Below are positions 1-24,782 of a stretch of 64,000 nt of DNA, piece after piece. Origin of the DNA: Macrostomum lignano (lineage: Eukaryota); assembly GCA_002269645.1 (NCBI GenBank), contig NIVC01000152.1:806001-870000 (forward strand). Direction: 5' to 3'. Both the position numbers and the translations under genes were made by a program. A model generated the notes under the pieces. The model was not told the DNA's origin. It saw only the letters and a program-made list of their open reading frames with translations, and did no database searches. Positions within the stretch are counted from its first letter, which is position 1; the number at the start of each line of letters is the position of its first letter.

Positions 1-60
1 AATCGAACCCCCGACCTTTCAGTCGTGGGTCCGACGCTCTAACCAGTAGGCTACAACCCC
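1..60 (-). mobile_element. tRNA-derived SINE head (family A) at window edge
   Basis: Reverse complement GGGGTTGTAGCCTACTGGTTAGAGCGTCGGACCCACGACTGAAAGGTCGGGGGTTCGATT has A and B boxes and nearly matches 43194-43260. The anticodon stem does not pair. Confidence 0.6.
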
Positions 61-1289
61 CAATATTAAAAAACAAATTAAGCCCGTTGTTGCTTCTCAT
101 AGTTTTATGGCGCTGTGAAATTTGTCGTGTATACAGTACCGGTACATGTAAATCTATATGGGCGCTCGCAAATGTTTACTCTAAATCGTGAGTGATGTTT
201 ATTTTTTATAAAATTTGTCAGGTTTTGTACACTTAACATCCATATCTATTTTAGTTATTTTCTCATAATTTTGTACTTCATTTGCGACTAAAACTACTCG
301 ATAACTATTTTTTCGGTTGCTTACATGTATTAAAAATCGCCCCAAAAATAGTTTTCTCAAGGCAGATGAGAATTTTGTGACAGCTGGATCTTGCCACCTG
401 TTGCTCAAGTAATCGCGCCCCATCCACGTTGCTTTGAAGGTGGGCACATTACCATTTAAATTTGGGCGGGGGGCTATGGGTTTAAAAATAACTCTGCAAT
501 GACACAGACCTACAGAAACGGAGATTCGTCTTGCTTAATTTCCGCAGACCAAAGTCCATTGTTACCGCCTGGTTCTGATATTATTAGTCTGTCAGTTTAA
601 CTGGCAGACACCGCGCGATTGTGTGCAGCCAATTTAAGCCGCTTACATTCGGCTAAAATAATCATAATTGCTTCGGCGCCCCAGGTGGATCTTCTTTCAC
701 GAATAGCCAGTTTTGCGTTAATATGGCTTCACAGAGAAAATTTAACATTCCTTCACTAATTGTCTGTCTGTCGGTCTGCTCCTAGCTATAGAAGCAATCC
801 TTTACTGTCTTTGTTTTCTGTCTAAAAAAAATTAACCCCAAAATAAAAGTTATTTGAAAGTCATCGAAAGCTTTGACACCTCAAATTTTTATTCCTTAAG
901 TTTGTTTTTTGTTGCAGAAAGTGCGAAATTTTCACCTGATTTTTTATAGACAAAATACAAATTTATAGGCCTGCAGGTATCGCAGTGCCTCGACTGGGTG
1001 GTCTTTCCATCAATTCTCTTTGATATTTCTCACGGTCAGGTGAGCCGTCTGTCTCATTAGTCAAATGGAATAAAATATTGATAATTTGACTAAAATATTG
1101 ATAATTGAAAATATTGATGATTTAGGTTAAATTCCACCTGGGTAATTTGGTGAATTCTTAACGACAGCACAGCACGCACAGGAATTAATCAAATGGCAAT
1201 AAAAATTTAATATTTAAAGCTAATTTAAATCCAGTTTCATGCATTTGGGTCACGCAAATTTGACAAGACTGGAACCCAGTCAAGCAGAG

Positions 1290-1461
1290 CAGGTGACACT
1301 GCAGTCTAACAGGTGACACTGCAGTCTAACAGGTGACACTGCAGTCTAACAGGTGACACTGCAGTCTAACAGGTGACACTGCAGTCTAACAGGTGACACT
1401 GCAGTCTAACAGGTGACACTGCAGTCTAACAGGTGACACTGCAGTCCTACCAGGTGACACT
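1290..1461. repeat. 20-bp tandem repeat (CAGGTGACACTGCAGTCTAA), ~8.5 copies
   Basis: Directly visible 20-bp periodicity. Confidence 0.95.
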
Positions 1462-1870
1462 CTAGTATGCATCTAGCAAGTTACATTTAAGTCTAACAGA
1501 TAATAAACATGCAATACATGTCGTAAAAAGTTCTCCAACAAGTTTCCACATCGAGATCACAAAATTCTGATCTGATCTGGCCTGTAACTCAACTCCTTCG
1601 TTAAGGAAGGCAAGAGCAGATGAGGATCAAACCCCATCCCCGATGACTAAATGATATATTCAAAATCAGGCCCTGTCAAAGAGGGAATCTATGCATTTAT
1701 TAAGCTGAAATAACGCAGCAGTTTGAGTCCCTATATATTTTTAAGTTTTATTTAGCTTGCTGCATTTTAATTTTGTCTCACAGACAAACGAAAATAAATA
1801 AAAAGACAATTTTGAACAGAATTCAAGCAACAGAATTGCTTTTAGTGTCTTAAGTTAGTTTTTTTCTGCA

Positions 1871-3042
<1,172 letters not shown>

Positions 3043-4197
3043 TAATTTAATAAGAAGCCACTCTGCACTGCATAAAGTTGACCAACTTGTTTAGAATATA
3101 TATTGTGAGTTTGAATGTCCATTTCTAGACTTGCTGATCTCTCAGGTCAGAAATTTGCGTGCTGTCTATGGCCAAACTTGTCTTTGTTCGACAGGCTTTC
3201 AAGATAAATTGCGTTGCATCAAATGCGGTTTGCCAGTTCGACTAGCAAGGCTGGCAGTATCGAGCCAGCTCAAAGTGAGAAGACACCTAACACGAGCCGA
3301 GCACTCAGGATGGGCTTGGGGTGGATCGCTGGAACAAACGGATAAAATTCCCAAGCTGGCAAGCATTAATATTCATAATTCAGTTGGCAGCTCGACAGAC
3401 AGCGAAGGCTCGGCAAGGATTAGGGATAAGGACTCCGGACGACAAAGAGGCGGGGGGATTTTTTAGGCTGCCTAGCTATCCTTGTTTAGCTAGTGAAATT
3501 CCCAACAAGCTAAGATGCTTACTTCGAACATTGAAGGCCGACTAATTCTTAGATCACCTTCCCACACTCACTGAGAGTATTGAATCAGGCCGTCTGCCGT
3601 AGCAAAACCTTAGGTAGTTTTCCATGTTCCTCGCACTCAGATTGGGACACCGCATTTCAGCCCGACACAAGCTGAATTGACAGTCTAAGCCTATGATCTA
3701 TCTATAAATACATTCTAGAAGGGTAAAAGTACATGATCTACTCTATAAAATGTACTGTAAAATAAAGAGCTGCCGTCATTTGACGCATTAATTGCCTCAA
3801 AGTTTTGTTAGACGAGAATGATAAATGAGACTCTGATTCTGAAAGTCGAACTCTCAAAGCGTAAATACAGCCATAAATTTTCAAGGTGAGCAGCTAATCT
3901 TTGGGTAAGACCGGCACTCATAAATAAGCTCTTAATGCATGCTTACAAGCGTGCCCTAGCCTTACTAAAGCTATCTACCTGGCTGCCCGCCAACTACAGA
4001 CAAAGCAAAGCCGACGGAAGTGGCCTGTCAGCAAAATCAGCTGACGACAAGCTGGGTGAAGGGCGAGGCCGACCCGCCTTCCACTTTTCCTTATTTGCAT
4101 AATCAGTGAATAAATACAGTGGGCGAAACCGTGCTCTCATTTCTGCATGCTGGCGGGACGTGAAGATACACAAGCGTGGAAAGCATTATAGCCTAAA

Positions 4198-5645
4198 GGG
4201 GACAATTCTCGTAATGATTTGTGCCAATTCTCATGATTTGTGACGATTCTCATAATGATTTGTGACGATTCTGATAATGATTTGTGACGATTCTGATAAT
4301 GATTTGTGATGATTCTCATAATGATTTGTGACGATTCTGATAATGATTTGTGACGATTCTCGTAATGATTTGTGACGATTCTCGTAATGATTTGTGACGA
4401 TTCTCATAATGATTTGTGACGATTCTCATAATGATTTGTGACGATTCTGATAATGATTTGTGACGATTCTCATAATGATTTGTGAAAATTCTGATAATGA
4501 TTTGTGACGATTCTCATAATGATTTGTGACGATTCTCATAATGATTTGTGACGATTCTCATAATTATTTGTGATGATTCTGATAATGATTTGTGACGATT
4601 CTCATAATGATTTGTGACGATTCTCATAATGATTTGTGACGATTCTCATAATGATTTGTGACGATTCTCATAATGATTTTTGACGATTCTCATAATGATT
4701 TGTGATGATTCTGATAATGATTTGTGACGATTCTCGTAATGATTTGTGACGATTCTCGTAATGATTTGTGACGATTCTCATAATGATTTGTGACGATTCT
4801 GATAATGATTTGTGACGATTCTGATAATGATTTGTGACGATTCTCATAATGATTTGTGACGATTCTGATAATGATTTGTGACGATTCTCATAATGATTTC
4901 GGGACAATTCTCATAATGATTTCGGGACAATTCTCATAATGATTTGTGACGATTCTGATAATGATTTGTGACGATTCTCATAATGATTTGTGACGATTCT
5001 CATGATTTGTGACGATTCTGATAATGATTTGTGACGATTCTGATAATGATTTGTGACGATTCTGATAATGATTTGTGATGATTCTCATAATGATTTGTGA
5101 AAATTCTGATAATGATTTGTGATGATTCTGATAATGATTTGTGACGATTCTCATAATGATTTGTGACGATTCTGATAATGATTTGTGACGATTCTCATAA
5201 TGATTTGTGACGATTCTGATAATGATTTGTGACGATTCTGATAATGATTTGTGATGATTCTCATAATGATTTGTGAAAATTCTGATAATGATTTGTGATG
5301 ATTCTGATAATGATTTGTGACGATTCTCATAATGATTTCGGGACAATTCTTATAATGATTTCGGGACAATTCTCATAATGATTTGTGACGATTCTGATAA
5401 TGATTTGTGATGATTCTGATAATGATTTGTGACGATTCTCATAATGATTTCGGGACAATTCTCATAATGATTTGTGACGATTCTGATAATGATTTGTGAT
5501 GATTCTGATAATGATTTGTGACGATTCTCATAATGATTTCGGGACAATTCTCATAATGATTTCGGGAAAATTCTCATAATGATTTGTGACGATTCTGATA
5601 ATGATTTGTGACGATTCTCATAATGATTTGTGACGATTCTGATAA
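4198..5645. repeat. 22-bp minisatellite (SATAATGATTTGTGACGATTCT), ~65 copies
   Basis: Visible periodicity with C/G and GGGACA variants. Confidence 0.95.
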
Positions 5646-5825
5646 CAGCCAACAGCTAGGTGATTCGGGATACTTGGCAATATTTAATAAGTTTTAAGTG
5701 CTGCTAAGAGTTCAACAAAGTCTTTAAGGAAGCTAAAACTACAGTATATACTCAAGATCAAAGACAGACAGCAATTAGGAAGAAGAATAATAAAAAAGTA
5801 AATTGTTCCCCGCGGATACGCGAAC

Positions 5826-5907
5826 TTGGCCAATGACGTCAATGCGGCTCGTCTAGCCATTCATTATCTACCTGTGCGAGTGCAACACGCCAGGCGTGGG
5901 CGGGGCT
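5826..5907. promoter_or_regulatory. Promoter-like motif cluster (CCAAT overlapping palindromic CRE TGACGTCA, GC box)
   Basis: CCAAT at 5830-5834, TGACGTCA at 5834-5841 and GGGCGGGGC at ~5898-5906 in a small CpG-rich patch. No adjacent gene identified. Confidence 0.3.
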
Positions 5908-6344
5908 CTTAGACGCTAAAAAAGAGAGAAGTTGCTTTTCAAACTCGACTTGAAAAGAAGCAAGCCTTCAATTTCAGTTTAAAAAAACATCTCGCGAAAA
6001 TTGCTTTTGCAGGAAAGAAATTTAGTTGAAATCAGATGGAAAATTCATTTCCTAAAATCTCATAAAAATAAACTTATTTTAAGGTCAGCCACGGTAAGGC
6101 AAGAGATTTGAGATGGGAGCAGTAGAAAGTGCATCAGCTGTTCTCCGTTAGTTTCGTGTGACATTTTATCGAGCCGCTTCTAGGAAAGCCAACAACAGCT
6201 GAGACCCTATCAGTCGATTTATTGTGCGAAGCGAAAGTAACTGCTATAGAACGACTATGAAGAGCACGAATGAATGGAACAATTATACAAGTACAACAGG
6301 TGGGTAATTAAAAAATTAAAGCTAAATTAGTCAACTAATTATGA

Positions 6345-7334
<990 letters not shown>

Positions 7335-7705
7335 TGAGAGTAATTTTCAGGTGACATTCGTTGTATTTTCCGGCGAAATTATAAGCATTCAGAATAACAA
7401 ATAAAGCTCAGTATTGCGGCATCATTGTAGCCATAAGGGAAGTGCAAAAATACCCAAGGCCTTCATGTGAAAAGCTCTGTATCCAGTTTGCAATTTCCGA
7501 TTAATATTGAGGCTTAATCATTTGCTCAAGCCAGCTAAATAATTGAGTATGAGCTGTACCGACAAATTTTTATAGAGTTTTTCTAACGCATTCATTGGAA
7601 CATGAAAGGCTGAGCTGTCGGTTGCACATCTGCCCATTAAGGCAGGTGTAATCAATTATTATTATTATTATTATTGGAGCATAATTTAGTTAGTCTAGTT
7701 TTTGA

Positions 7706-9291
<1,586 letters not shown>

Positions 9292-9317
9292 TAATGAGAA
9301 AACAGTTATTGTTTTTC

Positions 9318-9331
9318 GTTGCCATAGCAAC
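9318..9331. promoter_or_regulatory. RFX X-box (GTTGCCATAGCAAC)
   Basis: 13/14 match to the palindromic GTTGCCATGGCAAC, ~50 bp upstream of the OXNAD1-like ATG. Confidence 0.5.
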
Positions 9332-10030
9332 TGCAACAGGTCGCCATGTACAAACATCGCAGAATTCAAAGTGTCGAACGGTACTTTTTCTATCATATAG
9401 CGGACTCGTAGTTCTTGAAAATGAGAATCAAGTCACATGATTGATTTAGCATAACACAGACAGGTAGAGCACACTAGCATGCATTCACACAATCGGCCAG
9501 AGGAAACAATTGCATGCTTTTTGTCTTCTATCTTTCTAAAAGCAGTCAGTTTTGTTTGATAAAAAACAAAAAGATCAGAGTGACAAAAAGTCAGTTTATT
9601 TTACCCGCGCAGACAGGTAGCTGATATTTTAATTTAGCAAATACTGGCTGAGCTATCAGTGCATCTGCTGAAGGAAATAGATGCTTTTATTTAAAAAACG
9701 TTACAGGGTTAACATCAAACGATAAACCATTGATTGTGCAATCAAGAAATCAACATGCCAACATTGGATGCAGATTAATCTAGCTTAGAACAAAGAAAAG
9801 GACGGTTCGGATTATCGCTAATAGCTCCGCGGCCCAAGATTGTTCAAATCAATCTACTGATTTAATTCGAAACGGCCCCAAGCTAGCTTATATATAGAAA
9901 TTACATAGGAATAAGAGATCGCCTATTGATGCATGATTCCTAGTTGGCAAATTTTTAATTAAATTAATTGGCTACCGCTACCCGTTAGACTGGCTCTATT
10001 TAAGGTAACCAGACTGTAGCCACACCTGAG

Positions 10031-10121
10031 CCGGTGATAGCTCAGTTGGTAGAGCGGAGGACTGTAGAAGTGCAACAAAGCAGCGATCCTTAGGTCGGTG
10101 GTTCAAATCCGCCTCACCGGA
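10031..10121 (+). tRNA. trnY-GTA: tRNA-Tyr(GTA) with 18-nt intron (10068-10085)
   Basis: Acceptor stem CCGGTGA/TCACCGG, C1-G72 and A73, anticodon GTA at 10064-10066, canonical 37/38 intron, T arm GGTGG-TTCAAAT-CCGCC, and a T6 Pol III terminator at ~10128. Confidence 0.97.
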
Positions 10122-10857
10122 GATTACTTTTTTATAAAGCTAAATTCGAAATCGAAATTTTAAACAAATTATTTTTAGACCTCGCTAGTCAGTGAGGAAG
10201 ATGCACCTCATTATTTTTTTCTTGCAAATCTGTCTATTTAATGACGCATTCGTCAGCTATAAAAGTGAATACATTTTTTAACGCCAAAGAAAGTGTTCTA
10301 CGGTACATATCGGCGAATCCAAAAAGCACACGGAGCGGTTTCCTTATGATTTATAGCTGATATTCATTTAAGTTTTAAAGATTTTTTCTTTAATGCAACG
10401 TCCTGACGTTACTTTCCAAAATCAATTATTAAAAAATGAATCGTACATTTCAAAGCCTAAGAAAGTGCCCTATCTACAAAGTTTACTACGCAACATATCG
10501 GCAAAATTGACTGAGCGAATTCGTCAACAAAATTTGGATGAATATGTATATCTGCGTAGTGAAAATAAGGCTGAAAGCAGAAATTTTAAATCTTTCAATA
10601 TTTATTTATTGTTAAACAATAGAATTTGATTTAAAGTGTTAAAATTCACAAACGTATCGTTGATAATAAAAAGGCCTAAAATTCAAACTTTTTATGGGGC
10701 AAAGCTCGTAAAATAGAGCAGAAAAAACTGGTTAGAATCAATGAAGCATTTAAAATGATAAAAACACACTATAGGTATGGCGCATGATACACGTATCCTT
10801 TTGGCCTCTCACAGTATGGTATATTGTCGCGTTGGCTGGGATATATAAACACGCAAT

Positions 10858-11750
10858 CAGCTGACAGATGAGCTGACACAAAGCCTGTCAGATAAACTGA
10901 CACAAAAACAGTCCTGTCAGACAAGCTGACACAAACCAGTCCTGTCAGACGAGCTGACACAAATCAGTCCTGTCAGATGAGCTGACACAAATCAGTCCTG
11001 TCAGATGAGCTGACACAAACCAGTCCTGTCAGATGAGCTGACACAAACCAGTCCTGTCAGACGAGCTGACACAAACCAGTCTTGTCAGACGAGCTGACAC
11101 AAACCAGTTTTGTCAGACGAGCTGACACAAACCAGTTTTGTCAGACGAGCTGACACAAACCAGTCCTGTCAGACGAGCTGACACAAACCAGTCCTGTCAG
11201 ACGAGCTGACACAAACCAGTCCTGTCAGATGAACTGACACAAACCAGTCCTGTCAGACGAGCTGACACAAACCAGTCCTGTCAGATGAACTGACACAAAT
11301 CAGTCCTGTCAGACGAGCTGACACAAAACCAGTCCTGTCAGATGAACTGACACAAATCAGTCCTGTCAGATGAGCTGACACAAACCAGTCCTGTCAGACG
11401 AGCTGACACAAACCAGTCCTGTCAGACGAGCTGACACAAACCAGTCCTGTCAGACGAGCTGACACAAACCAGTCCTGTCAGATGAACTGACACAAACCAG
11501 TCCTGTCAGACGAGCTGACACAAACCAGTCCTGTCAGACGAGCTGACACAAACCAGTCCTGTCAGACGAGCTGACACAAACCAGTCCTGTCAGATGAACT
11601 GACACAAACCAGTCCTGTCAGACGAGCTGACACAAACCAGTCCTGTCAGACGAGCTGACACACACAAGTCCTATCAGACGAGCTGACACAAACCAGTCCT
11701 GTCAGATGAGCTGACACACACAAGCCCCGTCAGATGAGCTGAGCTGACAC
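10858..11750. repeat. 28-bp minisatellite (CAGTCCTGTCAGAYGARCTGACACAAAC), ~31 copies
   Basis: Visible periodicity; the unit contains the inverted repeat TGTCAG-N5-CTGACA. Confidence 0.95.
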
Positions 11751-11824
11751 AAAATTGTTTTGTCGCAAAACCTGCAAAAAGACCTAAAGTAATAAAAAAC
11801 CTTGAAACAGTCAGTGGCACATAG

Positions 11825-12147
11825 CGGTGTTCGGGGTTCAAGTCATTGATTTCGGGTTTTTTTAATCAAATTTTCTGAATTACCATGAAACTACAAAAAA
11901 ATCGTTAGAAATGAGTAATTTTGCATTTTATACTCCATATGCGCCGAGAGAATAAAAGGAACTTTCAAATTTGTGAGCTAATCAGAGGGTCAGACTGGAT
12001 AGAGAAACCGTACTTCATGACATAAAAGATGTGCGAATCAAACACATTTTTTACGCTCCCTCGGTGCCTGATCCCCTGACTCAGTTAAGTAAGTTCGCGC
12101 ACGTCAGGGTTTTTGGGATTCGAGTTTGGGGTTAACCCCGAACGCCG
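11825..12147. mobile_element. Possible small MITE remnant
   Basis: 14-bp inverted repeat CGGTGTTCGGGGTT / AACCCCGAACGCCG (13/14); no clear TSD. Confidence 0.3.
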
Positions 12148-12810
12148 AAAAATGGCCTTCCCGAACACCCCTAAGCACAATATTTCTCGAGTATTCAAAC
12201 TTGAATAATGAATTATTAAACTGTAAATTTAATTTTAAAAAGGCGGAGGAACTTGATCAGCAATTGGGCAACTTGGCTGTTTGTACAAATCTAAACAAAA
12301 TATCATTAGAGAAATATTATATCATATTGGACGATTGTTGGAAAGATCTGCAATCGAATCTAAATGTACAAAATAAATTAAGTTCTTAAACCGTTCTTAA
12401 AATTAATTTAAGCAACTTAAACCGAGGGACTCTGTGACATCCGCCAGCTTTTCGTTTTTCGAGGAGGCTCTTCCCCCTCCTTTTCGTTCTGGCCTGGCGT
12501 GGAAGCGGCTAGCTTCCTCGTCTTGGTCTGCTGGTGGGGGACGGATCCCCCCTGCTGCTTTTTTGCGGGGCAGGTGGCTGCTAAGTAGTTGGCTGCTGGC
12601 TAAGCGCCAACTACCCATCGACAGCCCTTAGTTGCAACTGGTACCACACGGGTTCTCGAGGGCCGCTCTTGTGGGGAGGGCTCGGGCGTCGGCTGTCAAC
12701 TCGACCTGGCGCCTGTGTCCCAAGCCCGCAGCCGGCCTCCCGCCCCCTGATCTTGCAGAGTGTGGACCGGGGGCCTGCCGGAGCCTCGCCTGGGAGCAAT
12801 CCTGGGATAA

Positions 12811-17673
<4,863 letters not shown>

Positions 17674-17813
17674 TCCTTGTGCTCTTTTACCTTGGGGTTG
17701 CGATAGGGGCCTCGCGGCCTATTCGCGGCGCCTGCGCCCCCCGTCAGTAGTAAGTAAGTAAGTAAGTAAGTTCTGAGAGATAAATCTAAAAACATAAGAA
17801 TAGAAATTTCATA

Positions 17814-17862
17814 CTGAGCATCTGGGAGGGTGTTGCGGTGGCCCAGCCACTGAGGATCTGGA
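17814..17862. repeat. ~1.5-unit seed of the 36-bp minisatellite family
   Basis: ACTGAGCATCTGGGAGGGTGTTGCGGTGGCCCAGCCACTGAGGATCTGG matches the 6350-7320 unit. Confidence 0.8.
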
Positions 17863-17937
17863 CATCTAGAGTGATAGCGCAGTGATCCAAACGCTAGAGT
17901 ATACACAGAACACTCTTATACATGTATAGTAAGTTAG

Positions 17938-20351
<2,414 letters not shown>

Positions 20352-20440
20352 TAAACAAGTGTAATCTTCCCATATAACTGTCTAATCCTACAGTATTAGC
20401 TGTAGTTGATAATATGCGTGTTATATTTTAAATTTTAAGT

Positions 20441-20999
20441 ACCCTACCAGTAGCTAGTACACCCCTACCAGTAGCTAGTTCACCCTACCAATAGCTAGTA
20501 CACCCCTACCAGTAGCTAGTACACCCCTACCAGTATCTAGTACACCCCTACCAGTAGCTAGTTCACCCCTACCAGTAGCTAGTACACCCCTACCAGTAGC
20601 TAGTACACCCCTACCAGTAGCTAGTTCACCCCTACCAGTAGCTAGTACACCCCTACCAGTAGCTAGTACACCCCTACCAGTAGCTAGTTCACCCCTACCA
20701 GTAGCTAGTACACCCTTACCAGTAGCTAGTACACCCTTACCAGTAGCTAGTTCACCCCTACCAGTATCTAGTTCACCCCTAACAGTATCTAGTGCACTCC
20801 TACGAGTATCTAGTACACTCCTACCAGTATCTAGTACACCCCTACCAGTATCTAGTTCACCCCTACCAGTAGCTAGTTCACCCCTAGCAGTATCTAGTTC
20901 ACCCCTACCAGTATCTAGTGCACCCCTACGAGTATCTAGTGCACCCCTACCGGTAGCTAGTATACCCCTACGAGGATCTAGTGCACCCCTACCGGTACA
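20441..20999. repeat. 21-bp minisatellite (CCCCTACCAGTAGCTAGTACA), ~26 copies
   Basis: Visible periodicity; explains ORF 20475-21002. Confidence 0.95.
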
Positions 21000-21446
21000 C
21001 AAAAATCAACAAATAAATAAAGAGCAACATACATGTACAGTATCAGACCGAAGCCATAACAAGTATTTTTATTTCTGAACACAGCAATAAACCAGTGAAC
21101 AATACGATAGCACAAGGCATAGACGCTGTACGAGCTAAATACTATATCTTTTACATAGGCTTAGTATATAATAGAATAGAATGTCTGAGAAGAATGTAAC
21201 ATAAATAGATAAAACAAACACTGATTAGAGCCAACCAACACCCATATCTATTGTCTGCAATATATGGATCTATTCAATCGAAATAAATAGGAAATCATAT
21301 AATAAATAAGCAAAATAAGCACACAGAAGCGAGTCATTAACTTCTAATACACAATAGGAACAACCTGATACCTACAGAGTGAAAGCTTAATGAGTGTACG
21401 CAGAGGTTCGTATCAATAATAATCATTGCTGCTGGAGAGCAACGTA

Positions 21447-21595
21447 ACAGGGTGTACAGCGGCTCGGACTGTCTAATCGTCAGGCATGTACACTCTGTGC
21501 CTTGGGGGTTGGCCATCATGGGTGTGAATCGCACGAGACAACCCGTAGCAAAATTTAGTGCACCCCAATCGAACCAGGGATTGTGCTCTGCCCGT
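21447..21595 (-). mobile_element. SINE family B fragment
   Basis: Shares AATCGTCAGGCATGTACACTC...GCCTTGGGGG with 50150-50215 and the reverse complement of 27615-27650. Confidence 0.65.
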
Positions 21596-21794
21596 TGCAT
21601 TTGCTAATGAATATTACCGGCTGTCTCCCAGGCCCCGAAAACTCATGGGTTTAGGCCACAGCCACCAGCTGCTACTGCTTGAGAGCAGCAGAAGCTATAG
21701 TCTATGGTCTGAGCCCCGGGGTTAATCGGCTTATTTAGCAAGTTCACTGCAAAGAATCTATACTCCTTTTATATGTTAATTCGGCCACCAGAAG

Positions 21795-22486
21795 TATAGC
21801 ATTTTCCAAGCCAATTGTTTAATCCTTATGGGGAGAATCAAGCTATTGAAGACTTGTTTTTCACTGTCTATGGCCCAAAAAGGGGTCTATGGAGCAGTCC
21901 AATTTGAGAATCTGGGCGCGCAATTAATCCTTTTCACAGTGCTCGTATATCCTTCACGAAAAACTTCACTGAAATAACGTCTGCAAATAGATGGCATATC
22001 AAAAACCGATTGACATTAACACTTTGATTTCAGAGAAACCAATCAAATCAGACAAAGGCAAAGCCATGGAATACAGTATAAGCCGAGAACAATAGTGTCT
22101 CAAAACAGTGTTGGACAGATTGAAATCAAACCCGATCAATGTTCAGAGAGTTTCTTCCTCGTTTAAGCAGCGCGGAATGAAGCGAAGCATCTGCCGAAAC
22201 CAGCCACCGCATTTGGCTACTGTGATCTCAGCCGTTGCCTCCTACGCAAACCGAAGATGGCAATTAAGCCATATGTATGTTTGTCTAATGAAATCTGTTA
22301 TTGTCTATGGTCCATGGCTTGCGCAACTGTGGAAAGGATTAATAGCGCGCCCAAATTCTCAAATTGGTTGCTCCACAGACCCCCTTTCGGGCCATAGACA
22401 ATGAAAAGCAAGTCTTCAATAGCTTGATTTTCCCACTAAGGATTAAATTGCTTGCTGCTAGGCTCAATTGGCTTGAAAATGCTATA
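21795..22486. mobile_element. MITE/foldback element with ~150-bp inverted arms
   Basis: 21795-~21940 is the reverse complement of ~22326-22486 (e.g. AATCAAGCTATTGAAGACTTG / CAAGTCTTCAATAGCTTGATT); the ends are TATAGC...GCTATA. Confidence 0.8.
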
Positions 22487-23142
22487 TTATTCGTTCTTCA
22501 AAAAATCGAATCAGCTAGACAGGCTTGCAAAAGTCAATTTAGTTTCTAAAAAAGCAGAGAGGAAAAAATCGAAATCCGCTGTGTAACTGACTGAGAAGTG
22601 TGACCTTTCACAACTATATCCTACATCTCTCCTATTAGATAAGTCTGCTTGACTTGTCAAATAAAACCAACAGGTCTGACAGGGAACTGACAGACAGAGA
22701 ATTTGCAGCTTGCGTGATGAGGAAATCCGGTTCAACAGCCGCAGCACAGGGCAGAAGAAGACACAGACAAGACACCAATAATTAAAGCAAAAGGTAGTTT
22801 AACATACCATATCAGCTTTATTAACAGAAGGAATCAAAGGAGAGAAAATATATGAATAAAAGTACACTATTGTTTTTGTGTACAAATTAAACTAGAAACA
22901 AGGCCTAATGTATTGCATTAAATAAATAAATAAGTAATACTATAAATAATACTAATAGATATCGCCTAAATCCAGATGCTAATCTTATTTCCCCTGCTCA
23001 AGAAGTTCATCTGTGTACTCTAGTCTAATTAAAACTAGAACGCCTTAACAAATTACGATTAAAGTACAATTATACGAGTATGACATCTTGAATTTATGAA
23101 CTTGCAGTTCAATGTGGCCCAAGCTTACACGCAGTGCTCTGA

Positions 23143-24505
<1,363 letters not shown>

Positions 24506-24782
24506 GCTTTATTTATAGGCGCAGTTCCAAAGCTGCAACTTGAATTTAAAGTTCTGGGTGCACTTTTTTGGTTGGCCACAATTTTGACACAGAGCTTGTC
24601 AATGGTGCCAAAATATCAATAGCCGTAGCAACACGGATATTGGTAGCTCTACGAGTACTGTTAATGCCAATATGGAATACAAAATTTGAGGTCTGGGCAC
24701 CAATCATAACGCACTGTGCCCTATGATTTTAATTGTAGAATCCAGAAGACGACCTATAAGTGGTTAAGTGACTGAAGTTTTG

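Noticed and set aside
199-447. P-element/THAP9-like remnant (QDPAVTKFSSALRKL)
   Set aside because: One short motif only, with no other transposase motifs or TIR found.
10858-11750. CRISPR array (28-bp palindromic unit)
   Set aside because: No spacers; a simple tandem minisatellite.
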